A DNA stretch of 64,000 nt. It comes from an uncultured Candidatus Saccharibacteria bacterium (GTDB taxonomy: Bacteria > Patescibacteriota > Saccharimonadia > Saccharimonadales > JAUPVS01). Shown in pieces: positions 57,322 to 64,000 of the stretch (position 1 is the stretch's first letter; the number at the start of each line of letters is the position of its first letter). The notes below the pieces were generated by a model, which was not told the origin of the DNA, made no database searches, and worked only from the letters and a program-made list of their open reading frames with translations. Where the stretch lies: positions 16,860 through 80,859 of the forward strand of contig CAYPFM010000001.1 of NCBI GenBank assembly GCA_964410185.1. The letters run 5' to 3'. Position numbers and translations under genes: made by a program.

Positions 57322-58131
57322 CTACTGAGGGTTTGCCAGAATTGGTTTGCCCAGTGGGCCGCCGGTGATGCAGGCAACCGAAAAGTTCTTGGGCGAGATG
57401 GTATCGGCAGTCTCGAGGCTAAGGGCTTGCCCCGTTTGGTGATCAAAGGTTCCGATCTGCGGGCCAACTAAATACCAAGTGGCTGGCTGCCCTTCATGAC
57501 CCGGATATTCTCCATAGCCAATTCCCGTAACAATCATGCCCCGCTCTTGAGTTTCGAGATCACCGTTGGCGTCAAGCTTGTGGTAAAGGAAAGAGACGAC
57601 ATCTAAAAGTTCGCCGTAATGGTCATACCAGCCCCTGGGGTGTACGCCAGGTAGCCAAGGTGGTCGGTAGTTTGCCGACCCACCGTTTTCAAAAAGGTGG
57701 AGCTGACCGTTGGCCAGACTTAATGACTCACTCTTGCCTGCCACTAGCTCGTACGCACCACGCGCAACTTCTGCAGACTTACCTACTAAGGGAGGAAACG
57801 GTGCTTCGGCAGCAAGGTGCTGGAGGGCAACCTGGGCCAGTGGATTACGAACCTTGTATGTCTCAAGCATTCTGGCAATCGCACCAGTTCCTTCGGGTTG
57901 AATTGGCTTGCCCCGGTACGGTCGACCATTATATGAGTGGTGAGCTTCCGTCTGAATAGTGGTAACCGTGCTGTGCTCTTGACCCGGTTGCTTCACAACA
58001 ACGGTAATTTGCGGTGGCTGAACTGTTTTATTGAGAACTCGCATGACAAAACCTTTGCCGTCTTGCCCCTCGAGCTCTCGAAAAGTAACACCTTCTCGTT
58101 TGAGCGTATTTCTTGGTCCACGATTCTTCAT
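57322..58131 (-). CDS. hypothetical protein (269 aa)
   Basis: Long ORF. No motif recognised. Confidence 0.6.
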   Translation of the reverse strand: MKNRGPRNTLKREGVTFRELEGQDGKGFVMRVLNKTVQPPQITVVVKQPGQEHSTVTTIQTEAHHSYNGRPYRGKPIQPEGTGAIARMLETYKVRNPLAQVALQHLAAEAPFPPLVGKSAEVARGAYELVAGKSESLSLANGQLHLFENGGSANYRPPWLPGVHPRGWYDHYGELLDVVSFLYHKLDANGDLETQERGMIVTGIGYGEYPGHEGQPATWYLVGPQIGTFDHQTGQALSLETADTISPKNFSVACITGGPLGKPILANPQ

Positions 58132-58194
58132 AAACCAAAAATACCATGATTTGGGCGTCTTGAAAATTGGTTATGGTAGCAGAAGTGTAGAGTT

Positions 58195-58782
58195 TTACTT
58201 TTTCAGGAGTGTAACAACATCTGCCTCGGCGTGTTTTTGAGCCTTAAATGCTCGTCTCTCAACTGGGTGAAAGCGGTAACCCCACATGGTCGTACCAACG
58301 ATTGCAAGTGTAGCGAGGCTCAGATAGGGCCCTGCTGCAACTGAACGAGCGACTTCGCTACCCGTGAGAGCTGTGACCCATACGGCTGCATCCACGCAAA
58401 CTACCCCATAAAATACCGGTAGACTTTTTACCCCAATCCTAGAACGCAGTGGCTGTTCGTCCAACGTACCATGGGAGTGATCAGCCGCATGCTGTAGCTC
58501 GTGAGCAAGTGCAGTGTTAGCTTTATTGCCAGCACCCAAAACAATTGTATTCTCGTCCCCGCTAAAGAAAGCACCTACGGGTGAATACTTGGAGACATCG
58601 ACAACTTCTATACTTAGTGCTGCCCTGTCCTCGGGTGACATTTCAAAACCCTCTGCTTGTTGGTCAAATTTGGCATAATCGAAATCGACAAAAGCATACT
58701 TTTGGCCAAGACCAATATCAAATGACACTTCTGGTAGATGCTCTGGAAGCGCAAGAACAGGGGGCGCAGGAGTAGTTGACAT
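58195..58782 (-). CDS. putative membrane-associated zinc metallopeptidase (HExxH)
   Basis: ALAHELQHAADHSHG, followed by two hydrophobic helices (LPVFYGVVCVDAAVWVTAL; YLSLATLAIVGTTMWGY). Confidence 0.5.
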   Translation of the reverse strand: MSTTPAPPVLALPEHLPEVSFDIGLGQKYAFVDFDYAKFDQQAEGFEMSPEDRAALSIEVVDVSKYSPVGAFFSGDENTIVLGAGNKANTALAHELQHAADHSHGTLDEQPLRSRIGVKSLPVFYGVVCVDAAVWVTALTGSEVARSVAAGPYLSLATLAIVGTTMWGYRFHPVERRAFKAQKHAEADVVTLLKK

Positions 58783-58956
58783 AACATGTATATTTTAGCA
58801 TAAGCATGTTGGTTTGTCAACTGAGCGTAATGGTTCAGTTGTTTGGAATCACCTAACTCAGGGAGCAATGAGCTATTCAACCCAGTTTTGCCACTCTCGT
58901 CGTATCGTTGCTATCGATGTTGTGAGTCACTCCGTCTAAGTAAACAGCGTGACTCG

Positions 58957-58977
58957 CTATGTAAACCCTATGTCTAC
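58957..58977. repeat. two CTATGT(A/C)(A/T)AC direct repeats at the 3' end of the regulator gene
   Basis: CTATGTAAAC (58957-58966) and CTATGTCTAC (58968-58977), the same motif as the array at 60053-60100. Confidence 0.5.
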
Positions 58978-60026
58978 ATATGAGCTGTTGAGTGCGCGCG
59001 TTTAATCATGAATTCTACGTTATCGTTCATATTGACGCAGCGGATTTCAATCTCGGGGTGTTTTGCGCCAAAAACCCTGATGATTTCATCGGCAAAGGCC
59101 TGCCCAATAGTTGGCACATTATCGAAATCCAGGATAATCACTTTGAACTTCTTTTCGACATTACTCAGCACGCGCCGCGCCTGTGAGCGTGAAACATATA
59201 CGGTCCCCATGGTGTATAACTTGATCATAATGAGGGTTTTGTCAAAAGCAAAACTCTGAGGATCGGAGTAGTATTGTTGAAAAATATTGCTAAGGTGTCG
59301 GTTGCTGTGCAAATTTATTCTAAACGTTACTTGCGTGCCCTTCAGGCCTCTGTCTCTTGATTCGACAAAGACATCGTCGATTGTATTGTCAACTCGTAGC
59401 CGAGTAGCAAAACTTTCTAGTATAAATTCGTCGGCGCTTTTAGAGGTAAAGAAGATGCCTTCGCCCGAGTGTGCTTTTGGTGCTGTGGTTGTTTTACCTT
59501 TTAAAAGCTCCTGGATGGCTTCGAGATCGGAACTGAGATTGTACTTCTTTTTAACATTCTCAAACACACCAACGCCAAAGTCTCTGATAGTGAAAACCAA
59601 ATCGCGGCCGTCCCGATACAATTCAACTTTGATACGGTCAGAATGGGAGTGTTCAATAGCGTTATTGAGCATTTCGGTAAAGGCAAAATTGACAATACTA
59701 CTGGTGTTATCGTTGAGTTTTTTTGCCAATACGGCCTTTGAGGTTAGTTCCTCATAAACCAGATGATCCGACAAGCCATTATTTTGCAAAATGCGAGTTT
59801 CTTTATCAATTAAGGTGTCAGCTTTGCTTGGCAAAGAGTAGAACGTGAAGCGCTTTGAGCCAGCAACCACAAGCTCACCCCTTGTTACGAGGTCGCTGAG
59901 AATACCGGATACATACTGACGACTAGCGAACTTTGGGTCAAGTTGCGCCAAGACCTGTGATACCTGAATTTTGTCCAAACTTTTGGCGAGCCGTAGGATT
60001 ACTTTCTCGATCTCTTGACGTTTCAT
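58974..60026 (-). CDS. wHTH plus GHKL-type ATPase-like plus STAS-like (DUF4325-type) regulator
   Basis: The N-terminal wHTH-like 70 aa, FAFTEMLNNAIEHSHS...FTIRDFGVGVF (HATPase_c N and G boxes), and C-terminal ILDFDNVPTIGQAFADEIIRVF, typical of DUF4325. Confidence 0.65.
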   Translation of the reverse strand: MKRQEIEKVILRLAKSLDKIQVSQVLAQLDPKFASRQYVSGILSDLVTRGELVVAGSKRFTFYSLPSKADTLIDKETRILQNNGLSDHLVYEELTSKAVLAKKLNDNTSSIVNFAFTEMLNNAIEHSHSDRIKVELYRDGRDLVFTIRDFGVGVFENVKKKYNLSSDLEAIQELLKGKTTTAPKAHSGEGIFFTSKSADEFILESFATRLRVDNTIDDVFVESRDRGLKGTQVTFRINLHSNRHLSNIFQQYYSDPQSFAFDKTLIMIKLYTMGTVYVSRSQARRVLSNVEKKFKVIILDFDNVPTIGQAFADEIIRVFGAKHPEIEIRCVNMNDNVEFMIKRAHSTAHM

Positions 60027-60052
60027 AGCGGTGATTATAGCTTCATATTGTT

Positions 60053-60100
60053 TCTATGTCAACTACTTAATTTTCTATGTAAACTCTATGTCGACTATGT
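60053..60100. promoter_or_regulatory. iteron/operator-like array of TCTATGT(C/A)(A/G)AC direct repeats upstream of the regulator gene
   Basis: Repeats start at 60053, 60074 and 60085, with a partial fourth at 60096. Spacing is 21 and 11 nt (helical phasing). Confidence 0.45.
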
Positions 60101-60101
60101 T

Positions 60102-60269
60102 TGGCGGGCCCGACCGGGTGAACGCTGCGCTACTGCCCTGCACCTGGTCTCGGAATGAATTCCTGCGAGCAGGTTTGGCCATCGAACCGGGGCTTCGCCC
60201 TATCCGGTTCAAATCTAGGCGGGAGTCAGCAAAGAAAAAACACCAACATTGCTGCTGGTGTTTTTTCTT
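60102..60269 (-). repeat. tRNA-trailer 'echo' module, Asp copy: hairpin plus conserved core plus exact 16-nt copy of the tRNA-Asp 3' end
   Basis: In tRNA sense, a hairpin AAAGAAAAAACACC...GGTGTTTTTTCTTTG comes first. Next come GGGC-GAA-GCCC, GTTCGA, CTCGCAGGAA-TTCA-TTCCGAG and GTAGCGCAGCGTTC. The module ends in CCGGTCGGGCCCGCCA (60102-60117), identical to 60270-60285. Confidence 0.7.
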
Positions 60270-60347
60270 TGGCGGGCCCGACCGGATTCGAACCGGCGAT
60301 CTCCTCCGTGACAGGGAGGCGTGTTAGGCCAGCTACACCACGGGCCC
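60270..60347 (-). tRNA. tRNA-Asp (anticodon GTC), CCA encoded
   Basis: Reverse complement: acceptor GGGCCCG/CGGGCCC, anticodon arm CCTCC-CTGTCAC-GGAGG, T arm GCCGG-TTCGAAT-CCGGT, discriminator G, then CCA. Confidence 0.9.
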
Positions 60348-60419
60348 CTACCAATAATTTGTAAAGAACAGGGGTAAGTTTAGCAAGAAAACGCCTAAAA
60401 AGCAATTCCTTGTTGGTAG

Positions 60420-61475
60420 CTAGTTGATGTAGGTGTGGGCGGCGTGTTTTTCTTTGAGATCGTTGATGTAGCCAGCGATTGGTCGGAAGTTGAAGTCGAT
60501 GTGGGCGCCCTTGATCTTGCCGTCGGCGCTGGTTTCATTATTCTTGAGGATTTGCAGGCTGTAACCGGTGTTAATGATACCGGATAACTGGCCTGGCTTG
60601 AGCTTAAATAAGGCATCTGTGGTGATGGGACTGAGGTCACGATTGGCTGGGTCAACCACTACGCCAAAGTCACCACCTGTCGCCTTACTGCTAGCGTCAT
60701 CGGAGTACTTGGCCACGGTAGCATTAAAGTCGGCACCGGCTTTTAGTTCAGCTAGAGCAGCTTCGGCGCGTTTGTGGGTTGCCTGGTCCATAGCCGAGAC
60801 AACTTTTTGTTCAAGTAGCTGTTGCTTGATGACGCGACGGAAGTCGTCGGTTGACCAGCCAAAGTTCTGGCGCAGGGCATCAATGTAGGCCTGCTCACTT
60901 CCACCCAATCTGTTCTGGCGACGTAAAATGGTGATTTCATCACTCACCTCTTGGTTGCTGACGGTCACCTTATTCTTGCTGGCCAGCTGCTTAATGTAGG
61001 CGTCATTAATCACCTTCTCTAATGCCCGCTTTTTGTAATCGGCGAGTTGCTGCTTGCCGGCCGTGGTCTTAAAATCAAGTTTTTGCTGGTTTTCGTAGAA
61101 GTACATGTAGTGGCGCAACTCGAACAGGTAGTTTTCGTACGACACATAGCTCGAACCGGCTTTGGCAACTGGGAACGGAATCACCTGCGTCACCCGGTAC
61201 AAGAACGAATTAGTACCGTCCAAGCGGTAGAGCGAAACCACCGAGTAGCCCATAAAGAACACGAAGGCTGCAATGATCAGACTGGTGGTAATGACCACGA
61301 TGCGGTGCTTGGAGTGTTGCAAGGGGTAGATATACTTGCGCGCGCTGGAAAGCACCTCTTCACGGTGAGCCGAAACGTTATCGTTGGTAATTCGCGGCGC
61401 GTCGGTCGGTTCAGATGGGGTCTTTTCGACCTTCTGCTTGGCGTACTTGTGGAGCTTTTTGAGCTTACGATTCAT
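60420..61475 (-). CDS. membrane-anchored peptidyl-prolyl cis-trans isomerase (parvulin/PpiC type, PrsA/SurA-like)
   Basis: N-terminal TM, a SurA-N-like helical region, and a parvulin core ...SKATGGDFGVVVDPANRDLSPI...FKLKPGQLSGIINTGYSLQILK. Confidence 0.75.
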   Translation of the reverse strand: MNRKLKKLHKYAKQKVEKTPSEPTDAPRITNDNVSAHREEVLSSARKYIYPLQHSKHRIVVITTSLIIAAFVFFMGYSVVSLYRLDGTNSFLYRVTQVIPFPVAKAGSSYVSYENYLFELRHYMYFYENQQKLDFKTTAGKQQLADYKKRALEKVINDAYIKQLASKNKVTVSNQEVSDEITILRRQNRLGGSEQAYIDALRQNFGWSTDDFRRVIKQQLLEQKVVSAMDQATHKRAEAALAELKAGADFNATVAKYSDDASSKATGGDFGVVVDPANRDLSPITTDALFKLKPGQLSGIINTGYSLQILKNNETSADGKIKGAHIDFNFRPIAGYINDLKEKHAAHTYIN

Positions 61476-62088
61476 CTGGTTCTGGTTCCTCTTCTGTTAC
61501 GGGCATAATGCTGCCATTGGCGCCAGCTGGATAACTGCTGGCCATGACGCCCTGTTCGCGCAAAATCCCTAACAATTTCTTCTGGATCTTAGCCGGATGG
61601 TGAATATCATGAATAATTAAGTCACCAAGATAGGTTTGCATCATTATTGTACCAAATCCGAGCAGGGTTTCCTGCAATCCGGCGACTTCGTAGTTTACCA
61701 TTTGAATCTGAGAAAGACCTATATCCACCACACTTCGGTGAAACAGCCCTTTTTGAGTAATTTGGATGAGTCTTTGGTCGGTAACAATAAAAACGCTGTA
61801 GAACCAGCCAATCCAGCTGGGAAAGTAAACAATGGCGCCCAAAACAGCGCTGAGCAATAATGACATAAAGAAGAACTGGACCGTCGGATAGCTATTCGGC
61901 TTGAGATACGTCAACGACAAGGTGTAAAGCGGACCAATTAACAGCGCCAACATGCCCAAAATAAGCCCCTTGCGCATGACAATTGGGTGTTTGCGGAAAA
62001 CGAACAGGACATTTTCGTCATCCATTTGGTCGGCAAAGTACTTGGGCGTTGTGCGCTCCTTGGCCGCCGGTTTTGGCTTTTTGGACAT
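61465..62088 (-). CDS. membrane protein with bacterial PH (YdbS/YdbT-like) domain
   Basis: ENVLFVFRKHPIVMRKGLILGMLALLIGPL..., two TM helices, then a PH-like domain. The start was moved to MSKKPKP so the gene does not run into tRNA-Arg. Confidence 0.65.
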   Translation of the reverse strand: MSKKPKPAAKERTTPKYFADQMDDENVLFVFRKHPIVMRKGLILGMLALLIGPLYTLSLTYLKPNSYPTVQFFFMSLLLSAVLGAIVYFPSWIGWFYSVFIVTDQRLIQITQKGLFHRSVVDIGLSQIQMVNYEVAGLQETLLGFGTIMMQTYLGDLIIHDIHHPAKIQKKLLGILREQGVMASSYPAGANGSIMPVTEEEPEPDES

Positions 62089-62156
62089 AGCATTAGCGTA
62101 AAGCTTTTTGGGGACGGTGTCCAGAGGCGCTATACTGGTGGCGTGCCTTTGCACAC

Positions 62157-62231
62157 GTCCCCATAGTTCAATGGATAGAATAACTCCGTCCTAAGGAGCA
62201 GATCCGTGTTCGAATCGCGGTGGGGACACCA
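62157..62231 (+). tRNA. tRNA-Arg (anticodon CCT), CCA encoded
   Basis: Acceptor GTCCCCA/TGGGGAC, D arm GTTC-AATGGATA-GAAT, anticodon arm ACTCC-GTCCTAA-GGAGC, T arm CCGTG-TTCGAAT-CGCGG, discriminator A, then CCA. Confidence 0.85.
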
Positions 62232-62268
62232 AGTACCTACCCGAGGGCAGAACCACAAGACGTGGGCA

Positions 62269-62398
62269 CTGCTATGGTTTTTGGAGCATGACTTAACGAG
62301 TTTTTAAGAATTCAGATTAAATAACTTCAGAATGTTATTAACTTAGTTAATCTGAATTCTTACCTTTTGGTTAAATGGCGCTCCAAAAACCATAGCAG
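62269..62398. mobile_element. MITE-like palindromic element, copy 2 (about 130 bp)
   Basis: 19-bp perfect terminal inverted repeats CTGCTATGGTTTTTGGAGC...GCTCCAAAAACCATAGCAG. Inner palindrome AAGAATTCAGATTAA...TTAATCTGAATTCTT. It lies 38 nt 3' of tRNA-Arg. Confidence 0.7.
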
Positions 62399-62431
62399 GC
62401 AAAAACAACCTAGCGAAGCAATCCTTGGCGG

Positions 62432-62944
62432 TTACTTTTTGCGGTTCTTCGCCTGGGTGTACACCTCGTGTACGGTTTCGTAGCTATATAGTTCGCTCTC
62501 GGAGAACCAGTGAGCGATTTCTAGCTTGGCTTCGTCGGCATCACCTGAGGCATGAACGATGTTCGGCACGCCAATCTTCTCTTTGTTGGAGTGTTCAAAG
62601 CCCATATGAGCATAGTCGCCGCGGATGGTGCCAGGGGCAGCCTTTTGTGGTTCGGTGTCCCCAACCATTTTGCGCACCAGCGAGGCTGAGTTGATGCCTT
62701 CCAAAACAACCAGTACGACCGGGCCTTCTTCCATGAATTCAAGGGTTACGTCAAAGGCTTCTTGGCCACGACGAGTGACCATTTTACCGATGTTTTCGTA
62801 GTGCTCGTAAAATTCGTCGTAGCTGGGCTTGAGCATTTTGGTACCGACGATTTTGAGGCCGGCTCGCTCGAAGCGGCTAAGCACTTCACCGACAATCCCA
62901 CGTTTGACGGCGTCTGGCTTGAGAATAATGAGGGTTCGTTCCAT
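62432..62944 (-). CDS. ndk: nucleoside-diphosphate kinase
   Basis: MERTLIILKPDAVKRGIVGEVLSRFERAGLKIVG..., with the active-site region NIVHASGD. Confidence 0.9.
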   Translation of the reverse strand: MERTLIILKPDAVKRGIVGEVLSRFERAGLKIVGTKMLKPSYDEFYEHYENIGKMVTRRGQEAFDVTLEFMEEGPVVLVVLEGINSASLVRKMVGDTEPQKAAPGTIRGDYAHMGFEHSNKEKIGVPNIVHASGDADEAKLEIAHWFSESELYSYETVHEVYTQAKNRKK

Positions 62945-63018
62945 GAATTTCCTTTGCTTATTTCGCCTTATTGTAACAGGTACGGCTGGGGCTGGACAAT
63001 GTGTCGTACAATATAGTT

Positions 63019-63939
63019 ATGCTATTCGCCAAAGCCAAGACCGATTTTTTGGAATACCTTGAGATTGAACAAAACCGCTCCCAAAAAACCATCGCCAATT
63101 ATGACCACTACCTCACCCGCTTGAGTGACTTTGCCGGCGATATTAAAGTGTCCGACATTGACGGCGAGCTGATTCGCAAATGGCGCCTTTGGCTCAACCG
63201 GCTTGGTACCAATACCTCTGATGAACTGCAAAAAACCACCCAAAACTACCATTTAATTGCCTTGCGGAGTTTTTTGAAGTTTTGCAGCAAGCGCGACATC
63301 CCTGCCCTGGCCCCCGACAAAATCGAACTGGCAAAGACGGTCCGTAAGCAAGTAACCTTTTTGAACCCACAGGAGCTGGAGCGGCTGTTTGATCAGCCCG
63401 ATATCAGTGGATTGGCCGGCCTCCGTGACCGGGCCATCCTGGAACTATTATTTAGCAGCGGCCTGCGTGTGTCGGAACTGGTGGGCCTAGACCGGGACCA
63501 CATTAACCTGAAGCGCCGCGAGTTTATGGTGCGTGGTAAGGGTCAAAAGGATCGGCCCATCTTTATTAGCCTCGAAGCGGCCGACTGGGTGCAAAAGTAC
63601 CTTGATGAGCGCCAAGACACCGCCCCGCCCCTATTCGTCCGTTACAGCGGCTCTAAACAGGTCGATACCAGTGGTAATTTTAGCCGCCTGACGGCCCGCA
63701 GCGTCCAGCGACTGGTTGCCCAGTATGCCCGACTGGCCGGCATCACAAAGCATGTGTCGCCGCACACGCTCCGACACTCGTTCGCGACCGATCTATTAAT
63801 GAACGGTGCTGACTTGCGTTCTGTCCAAGCCATGCTCGGCCACAGCAACATTGCCACGACCCAGATTTACACCCACGTTACCGACCCCCACCTCAAAGCA
63901 GTGCACGAAAAGTTTCATCACGCCAAAGACAAAGACTAG
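63019..63939 (+). CDS. tyrosine recombinase XerC/XerD family
   Basis: N-terminal SAM-like core-binding domain. Catalytic region ...RDRAILELLFSSGLRVSEL...HTLRHSFATDLLMNGADLRSVQAMLGHSNIATTQIYTHV (R..HxxR..Y). The ATG at 63019 was preferred (TACAAT -10-like upstream). Confidence 0.85.
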   Translation: MLFAKAKTDFLEYLEIEQNRSQKTIANYDHYLTRLSDFAGDIKVSDIDGELIRKWRLWLNRLGTNTSDELQKTTQNYHLIALRSFLKFCSKRDIPALAPDKIELAKTVRKQVTFLNPQELERLFDQPDISGLAGLRDRAILELLFSSGLRVSELVGLDRDHINLKRREFMVRGKGQKDRPIFISLEAADWVQKYLDERQDTAPPLFVRYSGSKQVDTSGNFSRLTARSVQRLVAQYARLAGITKHVSPHTLRHSFATDLLMNGADLRSVQAMLGHSNIATTQIYTHVTDPHLKAVHEKFHHAKDKD

Positions 63940-64000
63940 AGATCCGAAGCCACGCCAGTACAAGCCGATGGCATGGTTGTGCTGCCATTAACAGATGGGA

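Noticed and set aside
60031-60364. ORFs 60031-60327(+) and 60155-60364(+).
   Set aside because: They run antisense across the iteron array, the Asp echo module and tRNA-Asp. They are spurious.
63019-63939. The tyrosine recombinase could be the integrase responsible for the tRNA echo modules or the palindromic elements.
   Set aside because: The sequence has the full XerC/XerD housekeeping layout and lies more than 2.6 kb from any echo module. No att-like duplication flanks it. The link cannot be supported from this window.

Overview
This 64-kb chromosomal segment has the gene content and style of a small-genome, monoderm-type CPR/Patescibacteria bacterium. Saccharibacteria/TM7 fits best, but that is inference from gene content only. 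The standard genetic code applies, since many genes end at TGA with sensible lengths.

Housekeeping genes: queA (3' end), rpmB, miaA, thrS, tgt, nrdR, ndk, a xerC/D-type recombinase, a PpiC-type foldase, and six tRNAs (Pro-GGG, Val-GAC, Gly-CCC, Thr-CGT, Asp-GTC, Arg-CCT).

Three large envelope modules dominate the window:
1. A type IV pilus operon (9.9-18.0 kb, minus strand). It holds pilB, pilC, four prepilin-like genes including a 588-aa pilin-headed repeat protein, and two tandem major pilins sharing a 147-nt identical 5' segment.
2. An F1Fo-like ATP synthase operon (22.3-28.4 kb) with b-delta-alpha-gamma-beta-epsilon but no recognisable a or c gene. An exported protein ending in a c-subunit-like hairpin sits where those genes would be.
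3. A roughly 18-kb surface-fibre locus (29.7-48.1 kb). It has five tandem secreted paralogues, a protein with CscA/WxL-interacting-protein (DUF916+DUF3324) layout, a PKD membrane protein and a 3,492-aa repetitive fibre protein.

The most unusual non-coding signal is a conserved trailer module behind tRNA-Pro, tRNA-Thr and tRNA-Asp. Each has a terminator-like hairpin followed by about 110-130 nt with compensatory base changes in two hairpins. Each ends in a copy of the 3'-terminal 11-18 nt (up to CCA) of the tRNA it follows.

tRNA-Gly and tRNA-Arg are instead followed by a 125-140-bp MITE-like palindromic element with 16-19-bp terminal inverted repeats. The block 53-60 kb next to tRNA-Asp is an accessory-looking run of uncharacterised genes.

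All coordinates of RNA and repeat features were counted by hand and may be off by 1-3 nt. No database search or folding computation was run.
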